Assembly (NCBI GenBank): GCA_963788125.1
Contig: CAWBFN010000003.1
Span: 184,450 to 248,449 of the forward strand
DNA length: 64,000 nt
Reading direction: 5' to 3'
From: an uncultured Acidimicrobiaceae bacterium
GTDB taxonomy: Bacteria > Actinomycetota > Acidimicrobiia > Acidimicrobiales > RAAP-2
In this document: positions 48,265 through 57,366 of the stretch, in pieces
How positions within the stretch are numbered: the stretch's first letter is position 1
Layout: the number at the start of each line of letters is the position of its first letter
The notes under the pieces: generated by a model
What the model was told of the DNA's origin: nothing
The model's input: the letters and a program-made list of their open reading frames with translations, nothing else
Database searches by the model: none
Program-made: the position numbers and the translations under genes

Positions 48265-48684
48265 CTAGCTCGATATGCGGTGGCGACGCGCAATGCGAAG
48301 ACCTCGATCGATCCAGGCGAGCGCAATCGCGATCATGCCAACAAGCAGATCGATCTGGAGTGCACTCGTCCAGGCATGGCAGTCAATCGCCGCGTCTCCT
48401 CGATTCAAGTGGATGACCAGCGGAGCTGTGTCATTTTTTCCTCGGATGTAGGTCTGGCCTGGCTGCGGTATGAGGCCCTTCGGTAGCTTAAAGTTTTTGG
48501 GCACGATTGCATGTATTCCGTTCGATCCTGACTCGTCCCCGCCGAGTGGTCGAGCAATCACGGTCCGTGAGAATCCGACACCAGCGAACCGAAGTCCGTT
48601 GACGGGTACCGCAGCAAACAGCTGGGTGACAAACCTCCTGGCGACGCGTTGCTTGCTCTTAGCTCTCGGCATCGACTCGTCCAT
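48265..48684 (-). CDS. Hypothetical protein with a C-terminal TM helix
   Basis: 139-aa ORF in line with the upstream DUF4405-like gene (26-nt overlap). No recognisable motif. Confidence 0.35.
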   Translation of the reverse strand: MDESMPRAKSKQRVARRFVTQLFAAVPVNGLRFAGVGFSRTVIARPLGGDESGSNGIHAIVPKNFKLPKGLIPQPGQTYIRGKNDTAPLVIHLNRGDAAIDCHAWTSALQIDLLVGMIAIALAWIDRGLRIARRHRISS

Positions 48685-49132
48685 TGGTTGGCCGACCGCC
48701 TAACGAGATGACGTTCGTAACCCAACGCCAATTGATCGCCACGTGTATCGCTATCAACCCAATTGCTACGTCAGCGGTCTTCTCGTGAATCTTTGTCCCG
48801 CTGCCACTCGTATCGAAGAAGTGAGTGCCAAGCGATGGCATGGCATAGCGGAAAATGAGTATGCCTGAGCCAACACACAGAACTAGGTCGAAACACAGCA
48901 GAAAGTTGCCGACGAACATCAAGCGTCGACGTCCCATCGTGGTAACTATCCGACGAGCCGTGCGCACCACCCAATCCCAATGGAGGGTGAGGTGAACGAG
49001 CAGTGTGAGACCGAACATTAATCCGAGCCATTCGTGCCATTCTTCGCCGGTGAGGTTCAGCGAAAACACCACTCCAAAGGCGACGAAGAGGATGAAATCG
49101 AAGATCAAATCGATACGCGAACGAAGCGACAA
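48659..49132 (-). CDS. DUF4405-like four-helix membrane protein (possible b-type cytochrome)
   Basis: Four hydrophobic helices with conserved His (EEWHEWLG, LLVHLTLHWDW, LIAIHVAINW). Confidence 0.5.
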   Translation of the reverse strand: MSLRSRIDLIFDFILFVAFGVVFSLNLTGEEWHEWLGLMFGLTLLVHLTLHWDWVVRTARRIVTTMGRRRLMFVGNFLLCFDLVLCVGSGILIFRYAMPSLGTHFFDTSGSGTKIHEKTADVAIGLIAIHVAINWRWVTNVISLGGRPTNGRVDAES

Positions 49133-49159
49133 GCCGCGAGCAGGGCGGCGGGCGCTAAG

Positions 49160-49974
49160 TCACGCCCCCGATGCATGGAAGAGGTGGCCGATCGCGAATC
49201 CGAGCGCCGCGGCGCCGAGGCCGATGAGAACCATGCGAGTGCCCTGCTTCCACCAGGAGCCAACCCTGGTGAGCGCTTGGTATGCACCGACCCCAAAGAG
49301 CACGAGTCCACTCAAGATTACTGCGAGGACCAAGGCCGCGGAGCGCTGGAGAAAAACGAACGGAAGTAGAGGAACGAGGTGGCCAATCAACGTGGCCACG
49401 GTGACTATCACCGAGCTGCGCATGATGTCTTGGTTGGACACAGGCCGTAGGTGGCGCTCCTCCTCAAGGATCGTCTCGACCCATTTGTCTCGGTTCGCCG
49501 TGATCGTGGCAACCACTTCGTCAAGTAATGGGCCAGAGAACCCCTTACTTCGGTACAGTTCGGTTACTTCGCGGCACTCAAGGTCCGTTCATCACGAACC
49601 GCCTCTTCCTCGACGACGCGTTGAGCCTCGAAGAAATCACGATCTGCTGAGGTTGAGGTGAATCCGACCGCTCCCATTGAGATCGATTCGGTGATAGCCG
49701 CGGCAAAGCCAGTCGCCAGCAACACCGTCCGATCGCCTCCACCGGCGATAACGCCCAAGATGATCCCAAGGATGTTGACTAGTCCGTCTTGACCACCCAG
49801 AATGACATCGCGTAACCAATCGGTGCGGCCTGCATGGGCGTGACGTCGACCTTGTTTGGACAGACTGATTTCGGGCGGGCCTGGGGCAATCTGCTCCCCC
49901 GCACAAGCACGACCGAGTCGAGTGACGCGGTCCTGGCTGGCCTCAGGACCCGAAGTTGTATCTCCATCCGTCAC
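49160..49974 (-). pseudogene. VIT1/CCC1-family Fe/Mn transporter split by a 1-nt frame break near 49582-49597
   Basis: ORF 49564..49974 carries WLRDVILGGQDGLVNILGIILGV. The frame of ORF 49160..49516 extends upstream as REVTELYRSKGFSGPLLDEVVATITANRDKW..., then LIGHLVPLLPFVF. The two parts overlap in different frames. Confidence 0.75.
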
Positions 49975-50471
49975 GGCGTAACGATAAGCACAGAGGCAGC
50001 CTCTGTTCGGGCTCGGGTGCCACCCCGGCCTACCATGGGGGTAGGCGATTTATTTTTGGCCAGGCCATCCGGTATCCCGCAGTTGCGAGCAGTCCATCCT
50101 TAGGCCGCGATGGGGTTTTAGGTCCATTGGTACCGCTTATTGCGCCTTGGCAATTAGTGCGATCGCTGGTAACACACGCAGGCGGCTATGGGTGGTGCGA
50201 TCCATAGATCCTCCAAATGCGGTCCGCTGATTGTCTGTCGTAGAAGCGTATCCGTCCTGGCGCCTAGGGTGCTGGGGCGGAGGGACCTCGACCCTTGATG
50301 TCGCGCCAAGGGCCCCTCCAGGTCACCGTCTGGCCCGTCAAGTGGTGGTGCCGGTGAACCCCGGCTAGCCGGGCATACGAAACTCTGGGTTCCGGACGAG
50401 CCGCCGGTACTCAGCAAAGGTGCGAGCATTCGCAGGCAGCGACGCCGACCCCTGTGAATCGCAGCGACGTG

Positions 50472-51449
50472 TCAGTGCTGGCGAACTGGATGGGCGGTCA
50501 CCGCGCCAGGAGGTTGGATGAGGTGTGCCGGCGTCCGGCTGGCGCGCCATGAGCCAACCTTGGGCGCGACCGCAATAGCCAAGAGTACACCCAGACAAAG
50601 CGCGCCGACGAGGGCCCACTGCCGCGCTCCGGCGCCGCGAATCTGGCGACGGGTCCGCCTGTAGAAGTCTCGGGGTGCGAGGCGCGCCGTGTCGACGATA
50701 TGGCCGAGTACGTGCAGGGTCATGGCGGCAATCCACACGATGAAGGTGGCCTTGTGGAGAAACAAGAACTCGTGCCGCATGCTGGCCGGGCCGAGCAGCA
50801 GGGCGATGCCGGTGCCCACGACCGCTACGGTGAGTACGACGAGTAAGGGTCCGAGAAGCCTGAGGAGTGCGGGTGGAGGTCCCTTTCGCCGGTACTCGGG
50901 CGATCCGAGGTAGTAGCGAGCGAACCGCCATGTGGTGCTGCCGATCTTGAGAAGGATGGGGGGAACTAGCACCATGCCGATCACCACGTGCAGGGTGAGT
51001 AGCCTGCCGATCCGCAAGATAGTGAAGCCCTCAATCGCCAGGAGCACCAGGAGGACGGCGGCAGTCATTCCGGTCAATCGGGCATTGGCCTCCACACGGT
51101 CGTCGGCGGACTGGTCATCCGTAGCCACTCGATCCGGCGCCGGTGCGGGCGAGGACCCCAGACTCCCATGGGTGGCTGCCGCCTCCCATGCCGCAACCGG
51201 AGATCGTGGGAAGTCGGAGCGGTGGCGACGCGGCTCAGACGGGCGCCCGCTCGAACTCGCCACTCGTCGCACACCCCGAAAGGAACGGTCCTGCGCCGTC
51301 AACGCACGACCCCGATGATCGTCACCACTGCAACATACAAATGGAACCTGACGATCGGATGAAGCCATCTCTGGCGCCTGCTGCTGCGCCCATCCCTTCA
51401 CAAGCCCGTCGGGTCGACTCCTCCCGGCATGGCCCACGGATCGAACCAC
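50472..51449 (-). CDS. Polytopic membrane protein with conserved histidines; N-terminal limit uncertain
   Basis: Helices LTGMTAAVLLVLLAIEGFTIL, LTLHVVIGMVLVP, LLVVLTVAVVGTGIALLL and LHKATFIVWIAAMTLHVLGH. The first ~100 codons look non-coding. Confidence 0.5.
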   Translation of the reverse strand: MVRSVGHAGRSRPDGLVKGWAQQQAPEMASSDRQVPFVCCSGDDHRGRALTAQDRSFRGVRRVASSSGRPSEPRRHRSDFPRSPVAAWEAAATHGSLGSSPAPAPDRVATDDQSADDRVEANARLTGMTAAVLLVLLAIEGFTILRIGRLLTLHVVIGMVLVPPILLKIGSTTWRFARYYLGSPEYRRKGPPPALLRLLGPLLVVLTVAVVGTGIALLLGPASMRHEFLFLHKATFIVWIAAMTLHVLGHIVDTARLAPRDFYRRTRRQIRGAGARQWALVGALCLGVLLAIAVAPKVGSWRASRTPAHLIQPPGAVTAHPVRQH

Positions 51450-51500
51450 CCGGTGGACATCTCCCGGGCGCCCGGCGGCGAGCCAACACCTCGGCTCACC

Positions 51501-51719
51501 TCAGACGGTGCCTGTTCTAGATGGATCTAGCCTCGGCGCAGGCGGCAAAGGGGCTATCTCCCTTCGTGCTGAAGACGCCACCGGCAGAGTGGAGGATGGC
51601 CCGGGCCCGGCCGATGGCCTCGTCTCCTCGTCGTCCTCGTCGTCCTCGTCGTCCTCGTCGTCCTCGTCGTCCATCTGATCCTCGCCGCCGTACAGGTCGA
51701 TGGTCACCACGGTGCCCAT
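51501..51719 (-). CDS. Possible 72-aa acidic protein (DDE repeats)
   Basis: GAGGAG lies 6 nt before the ATG at 51719. Third-position GC is high in the first 30 codons. The 9-bp repeat CCTCGTCGT x5 (51626-51670) encodes (DDE)n. The 3' third lies in the low-GC junction. Confidence 0.3.
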   Translation of the reverse strand: MGTVVTIDLYGGEDQMDDEDDEDDEDDEDDEETRPSAGPGPSSTLPVASSARREIAPLPPAPRLDPSRTGTV

Positions 51720-51734
51720 GACGTGCTCCTCGTG

Positions 51735-51779
51735 GTGCCGGTGCCGTGCAGCAGCCCGAGGGCCGCCGGGCACCGGCAC
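51735..51779. terminator. Strong stem-loop GTGCCGGTGCC...GGCACCGGCAC (11-bp stem) overlapping the FMN_bind gene stop
   Basis: Perfect 11-nt inverted repeat at 51735-51745 and 51769-51779. Confidence 0.4.
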
Positions 51780-52312
51780 TAGAGGCCGAGCTTCTTGAGC
51801 GCGGACTGCAGCGAGCTCTCGAAGGCGCCGCTGGTGAAGCTGGCGCCCGACACGCCTTGGATGTTGGCGCTCTGTGCCTGAAGGGCCTGCTGCTCGAGGA
51901 TCGGAATCGACTGCTGGTCGATCGACTGGGAGCGGAAGTCCCCCCCGTCGTCGAGGGAGGCGATCCCGACCTTGGTGATCCTGCTCCCCGAGGCGGTGAC
52001 CGATACGGACAAGGATCCGTAGGTGTAGTTGACGGTGTCGCCCGTCGCCGTCCTCGTCGCCGCCGGTGCCGTAGTGGGAGTCGTCGTCGAGGGCGTGGTC
52101 GACGAGGGGGTGGTCGCCGGGGTGGCACTGGGTGAGGAGGTCGTGGGCGATGTAGACGGTGGCGCACCGGCGGCGTTCGAAGGGGACGACCCCCCGGTTG
52201 AGGAGACCCCGGGCAGCGAGCCGGGCGTGAGGGATGCCGACCGGGCATGGAAGGTCAGCACACCGGCGAGCCCGGCAACCGTGGCGCCGATCACGATCGG
52301 TGCCCGTCTCAT
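51779..52312 (-). CDS. Membrane-anchored FMN_bind-domain protein with an ApbE flavinylation motif
   Basis: N-terminal anchor IVIGATVAGLAGVLTF, a Ser/Thr/Pro linker, and an FMN_bind domain with IQGVSGASFTS. SGAS is encoded at 51839-51850. Confidence 0.8.
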   Translation of the reverse strand: MRRAPIVIGATVAGLAGVLTFHARSASLTPGSLPGVSSTGGSSPSNAAGAPPSTSPTTSSPSATPATTPSSTTPSTTTPTTAPAATRTATGDTVNYTYGSLSVSVTASGSRITKVGIASLDDGGDFRSQSIDQQSIPILEQQALQAQSANIQGVSGASFTSGAFESSLQSALKKLGL

Positions 52313-52363
52313 GGGCTCTTGGTCTCGTCGGGGCGGACATGGGGGTGGGCTCGGTCCGGCACC

Positions 52364-53740
52364 CTAGAACGCGAAGGCTTCTTCGTGGATCCGCCCCGCT
52401 GGCAGCCCGATCCGGCGCGCCGCGGCGACGATGGCGTCGCTGAAGCCGTTCGGCCCGCAGACGAAGAGGTCCCGGTCGGCGAGGTCGGGCACCAGCCATC
52501 GCAGCAGCCGATCGTCGAGCTGCACCTCGCGGCGCGTGCCGATGACCTCGTGGTAGTGGCCGTGACGGTGCTCCACGAGTGACATGAGTTCGTCGCGGTG
52601 CACGATGTCCTCTGCGGCCGATGCCCGGACGATGAGCGTGACGTCAACCGATGCGGGCAGGTCCTCGAGCAGGGCGCGCAGGGGGGTGATGCCCACGCCC
52701 GCCCCGATCAGCGCCACCCGGTCATAGGTGCGCACGTGATGCGTGAAGGCGCCGTAGGGGCCTTCGATCGCCACGCGGGTCCCGGGCTTGAGTGCCCGGA
52801 TCGCCCGGCTCTGGTCGCCCGCCCCCTTGATGGTCATCCGGAGGTAGGGCGGCTGGGGGAGGGCGGAGAGGGAGTAGGGGTGGGCGTGCCACCACAGCTC
52901 CTTGGTGAGGAACCGCCACCGGAAGAACTGGCCGCCCGAGACGGCCAGGCGATCGAGCCGCCGCCCCGAGCAGATGACCGAGAAGATGCCCGGCGCCTCC
53001 TCACGCACCGTCGCCACCCGGAGCTGATGGCGCAGGCTGCGGACGACCGGTCCGACGAACCGGAACAGGATGACGACCCCTGCGGTCGAGGCCCAGACGG
53101 CGATCCACACCGCCTTGGTGAGCGGGTGGCCGACGAAGGACCCGCCGGTGGTGATCTGGTGGGCGAACGCCAGCGCCAGCCCGAGGTAGGTGTAGAGGTG
53201 GACGATCCACCAGGTCTCGTACTTGAGGTGCTTGCGAGCCAACTTGACCGAGGTGATCCCCGCCATCACCAAGAGGCAGAAGCCGACCGTGGCGGCCAGG
53301 AGGTCGGGATAGGAGGTGATGAAGAGCCAGAGCTGGCGGAGCACGCCCTCCTTCGCCGACTGCGCGTAGCCGAGCGTGATGAGCACGACGTGGGTGGCGA
53401 TCAGCGCCAGCGCCCACGGTGCGATCCGCCGGTGCCAACGGAGGAGCCGGTCCTGCCCGACCGCTCGCTCGAGCCAGGGCAGCCGGGCGATGAGCACCAG
53501 CATGACCAGGATCAGGTACGCGCCGCTGAACCCGGCCAGACGCCCCCCGGCGATGAGCCAACCCCCCGGGGCGGCCAGCGAACCACGGGTCTCGCCGGTG
53601 ACGACGAGACCGAGGGTGACGCCCAGGCCGAGACCGGCCAGTCCGGCCAGGGCGTCGGCGAACCCGGGCCTCGGTGCGTGTCCCGGACGGGGCCGGCGTC
53701 GGGCTGCTCTCGTCGTCGTGGCGTCCAGGTCGGAGACCAT
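52364..53740 (-). CDS. NOX/FRE-type ferric-reductase-like protein (di-heme TM domain + FAD + NAD(P)H domains)
   Basis: Six-helix N-terminal domain with His pairs, FAD motif HPYSLS and NAD(P)H motif GAGVGITPLRAL. Confidence 0.8.
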   Translation of the reverse strand: MVSDLDATTTRAARRRPRPGHAPRPGFADALAGLAGLGLGVTLGLVVTGETRGSLAAPGGWLIAGGRLAGFSGAYLILVMLVLIARLPWLERAVGQDRLLRWHRRIAPWALALIATHVVLITLGYAQSAKEGVLRQLWLFITSYPDLLAATVGFCLLVMAGITSVKLARKHLKYETWWIVHLYTYLGLALAFAHQITTGGSFVGHPLTKAVWIAVWASTAGVVILFRFVGPVVRSLRHQLRVATVREEAPGIFSVICSGRRLDRLAVSGGQFFRWRFLTKELWWHAHPYSLSALPQPPYLRMTIKGAGDQSRAIRALKPGTRVAIEGPYGAFTHHVRTYDRVALIGAGVGITPLRALLEDLPASVDVTLIVRASAAEDIVHRDELMSLVEHRHGHYHEVIGTRREVQLDDRLLRWLVPDLADRDLFVCGPNGFSDAIVAAARRIGLPAGRIHEEAFAF

Positions 53741-54035
53741 TACCGGGTGATTCTCGCGTGCCGCGGTGCGCAGTGGTGTGGCACGCTCTGTCCTGCCCGG
53801 TCGAGCCTCCGCCCTCGCACTCGACCGCTCGCCCTCATCGCGCCCTGCCCTCTCGGTTGCCCGCCTCGTGGCCGACCCACGCGTGTACGTGCCAGGGTAA
53901 GGGCCGGACCTTACGCTTTCATGAAGCGGGCGTGGGTGGCCGCCGGCCCGTCATCATTTCGTCAGTTTCGCGACGTACATTGGAGTAAATGGTTCCCATA
54001 CGCTGCTGTACCTGCCGTCGTCAGCGGCCAGCTCC

Positions 54036-54704
54036 ATGAGGCTGTTGGTGGCTGAGGACGACGCGTCTCTTCGGTCCGTGCTCGATCGGGGACTAAGAGA
54101 GAGCGGCTACGTAGTAGACACCGTGGCCGACGGGGATGCCGCCATCAAGTACCTCAGGGCGTACCAGTACGACGTGGCCATCCTGGACTGGCGCATGCCC
54201 AGGGCCAATGGCATCGAGGTTCTCGAGGTCGTTCGCCAGCAGCGCATTCGCACCCCGATCCTAATGCTGACCGCCCGGGACGCCCCGAGCGATCGCGTCA
54301 CGGGTCTCAACGTCGGCGCCGACGACTACCTGGTGAAGCCCTTTGACTTCGACGAACTGCTGGCCCGCCTCAGTGCGCTGCAGCGGCGACCAGCCCTGAC
54401 GGTCGACCCGATGCTTGCCTGCGGGGACCTGATCTTCAATCCGTCCACGAGAGAGATCACGGTGTCAGGGCAGGTGCTGCCGTTGACGATGACCGAGTTC
54501 GCGCTACTGGAACTGCTTCTCCGCCGAATGCCCGCCGTCGTCACACGCCGGACAATTGCCACGCAGGTCTGGGACGACGAGGCTGACGCAGTGGGGTCGA
54601 ACACCATCGATGTGCACATCGGTCGCCTACGGGCCAAGCTCACCGGGTCTCGGGCCCGGATTGAGACGGTCCGGGGCAGCGGATATCGGCTGGTAGCGGG
54701 GTGA
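54036..54704 (+). CDS. OmpR-family response regulator
   Basis: MRLLVAEDD, phospho-acceptor ILDWRMP and a winged-helix C-terminus (VRGSGYRL). Confidence 0.9.
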   Translation: MRLLVAEDDASLRSVLDRGLRESGYVVDTVADGDAAIKYLRAYQYDVAILDWRMPRANGIEVLEVVRQQRIRTPILMLTARDAPSDRVTGLNVGADDYLVKPFDFDELLARLSALQRRPALTVDPMLACGDLIFNPSTREITVSGQVLPLTMTEFALLELLLRRMPAVVTRRTIATQVWDDEADAVGSNTIDVHIGRLRAKLTGSRARIETVRGSGYRLVAG

Positions 54705-56014
54705 AGGGCCGGAAGCTGGGTAGATCACACGCCGTCAAGGTGGCGGTCGTGGCGACGCTGATCGTCATGGCCACCTACATCGCCGGGGTCCTCGTCTTCA
54801 ATCATGCGGTGCTGCACCGCCTCACGGCGCAAGCCGACGTGCGACTTTCCGAACGCCTTGCCGACGCAGGGAAACTGAGCATCGCCAGCCACGCATCGGC
54901 ATCACCCTCTCCCACCGGGGACCAGGACGACGACGATGCGCCCATCTTCGTCTGGAAGGTGAGCCATTCGGGGCCGACCACGGCACTCACGTCGGGTGCG
55001 CCGTCGTTCCCCCGCGTGACGCCGGCAAGCGGTGTGAGCACCGTTGACATCGGCGGGACACCGTTCCGGGTGCACACCGCGACCACGGGATCCGAGACCC
55101 TGGTTGCGGGGGAGAGCATCGCTCAGATCAACCGGGTTGGAAGCGCCTTGGTGACACCCGAGATCATCTTCGGCCTGGCTCTTCTCGTCGTGATGTTCGC
55201 CGGATCGCTCGTCATCGGATTGAAGGCGTCCGCTCCATTGGAGCTCGTGCGACGCCGGCAGGCGGAGTTCACCGCGGATGCTTCCCATGAGCTCCGGACC
55301 CCGCTCAGCGTGATTGAGGCCGAGGTGGATCTGGCGCTGCGCCGGCGCCGCGGTGAGGAGGAATACCGCGTCGTTCTCCAGCGTGTGGCGGGCGAAGGAC
55401 GACGGCTCCGGCGCATCGTGGACGACTTGCTGTGGCTGGCCCGCGCCGACGACGGGGGCATGGAGGTCGCGACGGGCACGACTGTCGACGTACGGGAGAT
55501 GGCGAGGACCTGTACCAATCGCTTTCAAGCGCTAGCCGCCACGCGGGGGGTGAGCCTTTCGTTCGACGAGGGCGAGCATGGCCCGCTCTTGCTACGCGCT
55601 GAGCCTGATTGGATCGACCGGCTGATCGGTGTCCTTGTCGATAACGCGTGTAAGTACGCCGGTGACGGCGGTCGGGTTGCGGTGCGGATCGGAACGGCCA
55701 GCAACCGGATCGTCCTCCAAATCGATGACAATGGGCCCGGGATACCGGTCGATCAGCGGGCGCTCATCATGGACCGCTTTCACCGGGCCGATGAGGACCA
55801 TCCGGGCACGGGTCTCGGCCTGGCCATCGCCGACTCGGTCGTCAGGGCGACCCTCGGCACGTGGCTCATCACCGAGTCGCCCGAGGGAGGCGCCCGCATG
55901 CAGGTTTCGTGGCGTAAGACCTCGTCCCGGCGCACAACCGGTCCGGCGACACAAGAGGAGTCCGGTATTCCCGAGGGAGTTTCGCTCCCGGATCCGGTCC
56001 GGGCGCGCCGGTGA
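54701..56014 (+). CDS. Sensor histidine kinase (two TM helices, HisKA + HATPase_c)
   Basis: H box ASHELRTPL, N box VDNACKYA and G boxes DDNGPGI / GTGLGLAI. GTGA overlap with the regulator gene. Confidence 0.9.
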   Translation: MKGRKLGRSHAVKVAVVATLIVMATYIAGVLVFNHAVLHRLTAQADVRLSERLADAGKLSIASHASASPSPTGDQDDDDAPIFVWKVSHSGPTTALTSGAPSFPRVTPASGVSTVDIGGTPFRVHTATTGSETLVAGESIAQINRVGSALVTPEIIFGLALLVVMFAGSLVIGLKASAPLELVRRRQAEFTADASHELRTPLSVIEAEVDLALRRRRGEEEYRVVLQRVAGEGRRLRRIVDDLLWLARADDGGMEVATGTTVDVREMARTCTNRFQALAATRGVSLSFDEGEHGPLLLRAEPDWIDRLIGVLVDNACKYAGDGGRVAVRIGTASNRIVLQIDDNGPGIPVDQRALIMDRFHRADEDHPGTGLGLAIADSVVRATLGTWLITESPEGGARMQVSWRKTSSRRTTGPATQEESGIPEGVSLPDPVRARR

Positions 56015-56095
56015 CGGAGGTTTAGAAACTTCTAAGTTGTTGTGGGCTGCTTTTTTGTCATGTGACCGTCAGGAACGCTCCGTAGCCTCCAACGC

Positions 56096-56395
56096 ATGGC
56101 ACCAAGGAGCCAACGTCCGGCACAGGACCACACCCGCTTAGCCCGCCTTCGTAGAGACGACGCCCTGAGCCGCCTCGCCACGATCAACCGCTCCATCGGG
56201 GCCGCAGCACTCGTGGCGACCGGGGTCTTGGGGCTCTATCTCGGTAAGGCCCTGCCGGGCCACCAAGCTTCGACCCAGAGCCAGTCCTCCCAGAGCCAGT
56301 CGACGGACTCCTCGGGATCGAACACGCTGACGCCACCCGCGTCGGCGCCCGTGCAGACCCAACAACCGGCTCCGGTCGTCTCGGGAGCGTCTTGA
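56096..56395 (+). CDS. 99-aa single-TM protein with a Ser/Gln-rich tail
   Basis: TM helix IGAAALVATGVLGLYLG. The stop overlaps the candidate TTG start of apbE. Confidence 0.45.
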   Translation: MAPRSQRPAQDHTRLARLRRDDALSRLATINRSIGAAALVATGVLGLYLGKALPGHQASTQSQSSQSQSTDSSGSNTLTPPASAPVQTQQPAPVVSGAS

Positions 56396-57366
56396 CTCTC
56401 TCTGTCACCGCGCCGTCGATGGACACATTAGGTATCTACCGAACACGAGGGCTCGGATGTCTGGCCGAGATCGTGCTGACCGACCCGGACTCGGTGGTCG
56501 GCAGCGTCGACATCGTCCACGAGGAACTCGACCGGATCGACCGCGCCGCCAGCCGATTCCGCCCTGACGCAGAGATCGCGTTGGTGCACCGGGCCGAGGG
56601 GCGTCCCATCAGCGTCAGCCCGTGCCTCTTCGAGGCCGTGGCGGTGGCGCTCCGTGTCGCCGTGGCCACCGGCGGCGCGGTCGATCCCACGGTGGGTGGT
56701 GCCTTGAACCGGCTCGGCTACGACCGGGACTTCGCCTCCATCGGCGCCGGAATCCCGGGGGACCTGCCCGAGACTGCTCCCGTGCCGGGCTGGCGGAGCG
56801 TCGAGCTGGACCAGGCCAGCCGGACGGTGCGGGTGCCGGCGGGCACAGTGATCGACCTGGGTTGCAGCGCCAAGGCGCTCACGGCAGACCGTATCGCCCA
56901 ACGGGTGGCCGAGACCTTTGGATGCGGCGCACTCGTCTCATTGGGAGGGGACATCTCCGTGGCCGGATCACCACCAACCGGGGGCTTTTGCACCGGCCTG
57001 GCCGATGTGAGCGGCGCAGCCGAGGCGTCCGAAACGGTGGCCATCACCTCGGGCGGGCTGGCCACCTCGGGCATCATGTCGAGGTGGTGGCGGGTGGGAC
57101 ACCACGTCGTCCACCACATCGTCGACCCGTCGACCGGGCTACCACCCGCGCGGGCGTGGCGCACGATCACGGTGGCGGCGGCGTCGTGCGTCGACGCCAA
57201 TGCCGCGTCGACCGCCGCCATGGTCAAGGGCCCCGGCGCGGAAGAGTGGCTGGCGGCACTCAACCTTCCGGCCCGGCTGGTCGCCCTAGACGGCAGCGTG
57301 GTGCGGGTCGCGGGATGGCCGGCCCCCGTCGCACCGACGCCCGAAGCGGTGGGGCCCGTCCGATGA
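56392..57366 (+). CDS. apbE: FAD:protein FMN transferase (ApbE/Ftp)
   Basis: DPTVGGALNRLGYDRDF, IDLGCSAKALTADR, VSLGGDISVAG and LATSG. ATG at 56419 is an alternative start. Confidence 0.85.
   Translation: MTLSVTAPSMDTLGIYRTRGLGCLAEIVLTDPDSVVGSVDIVHEELDRIDRAASRFRPDAEIALVHRAEGRPISVSPCLFEAVAVALRVAVATGGAVDPTVGGALNRLGYDRDFASIGAGIPGDLPETAPVPGWRSVELDQASRTVRVPAGTVIDLGCSAKALTADRIAQRVAETFGCGALVSLGGDISVAGSPPTGGFCTGLADVSGAAEASETVAITSGGLATSGIMSRWWRVGHHVVHHIVDPSTGLPPARAWRTITVAAASCVDANAASTAAMVKGPGAEEWLAALNLPARLVALDGSVVRVAGWPAPVAPTPEAVGPVR

Larger units (their letters stand above)
45812..51530. other. Low-GC, gene-poor segment with decayed genes (candidate horizontally acquired or degrading island)
   Basis: Sample counts: 48061-48120 is 30/60 G+C, against 44/60 for 7441-7500. 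There are non-coding gaps of 534, 380, 204 and 497 nt, a truncated gene and a frameshifted gene. No integrase, transposase or tRNA was seen. Confidence 0.55.

Noticed and set aside
49975-50471. Mn (yybP-ykoY) riboswitch or other leader RNA upstream of the VIT transporter, and a tRNA or att site at the island border.
   Set aside because: I found no GGGGAGUAG-type core and no tRNA T-loop (GGTTCGAATCC-like), only small hairpins such as CAGAGG-cag-CCTCTG at ~49991-50005. A covariance-model scan is needed to be sure.
45812-51530. Calling the low-GC segment a mobile element or prophage remnant.
   Set aside because: No integrase, transposase, phage gene, tRNA or flanking direct repeat was recognisable in any frame I translated. 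It is reported only as a compositional island.
51501-52499. 332-aa minus-strand ORF spanning the FMN_bind gene region.
   Set aside because: Most of it overlaps, out of frame on the same strand, the FMN_bind gene and the 3' end of the FRE gene, and it is Arg/Pro/Gly-rich. Only its last 72 codons, downstream of the FMN_bind stop and preceded by an SD, were kept as a low-confidence ORF.
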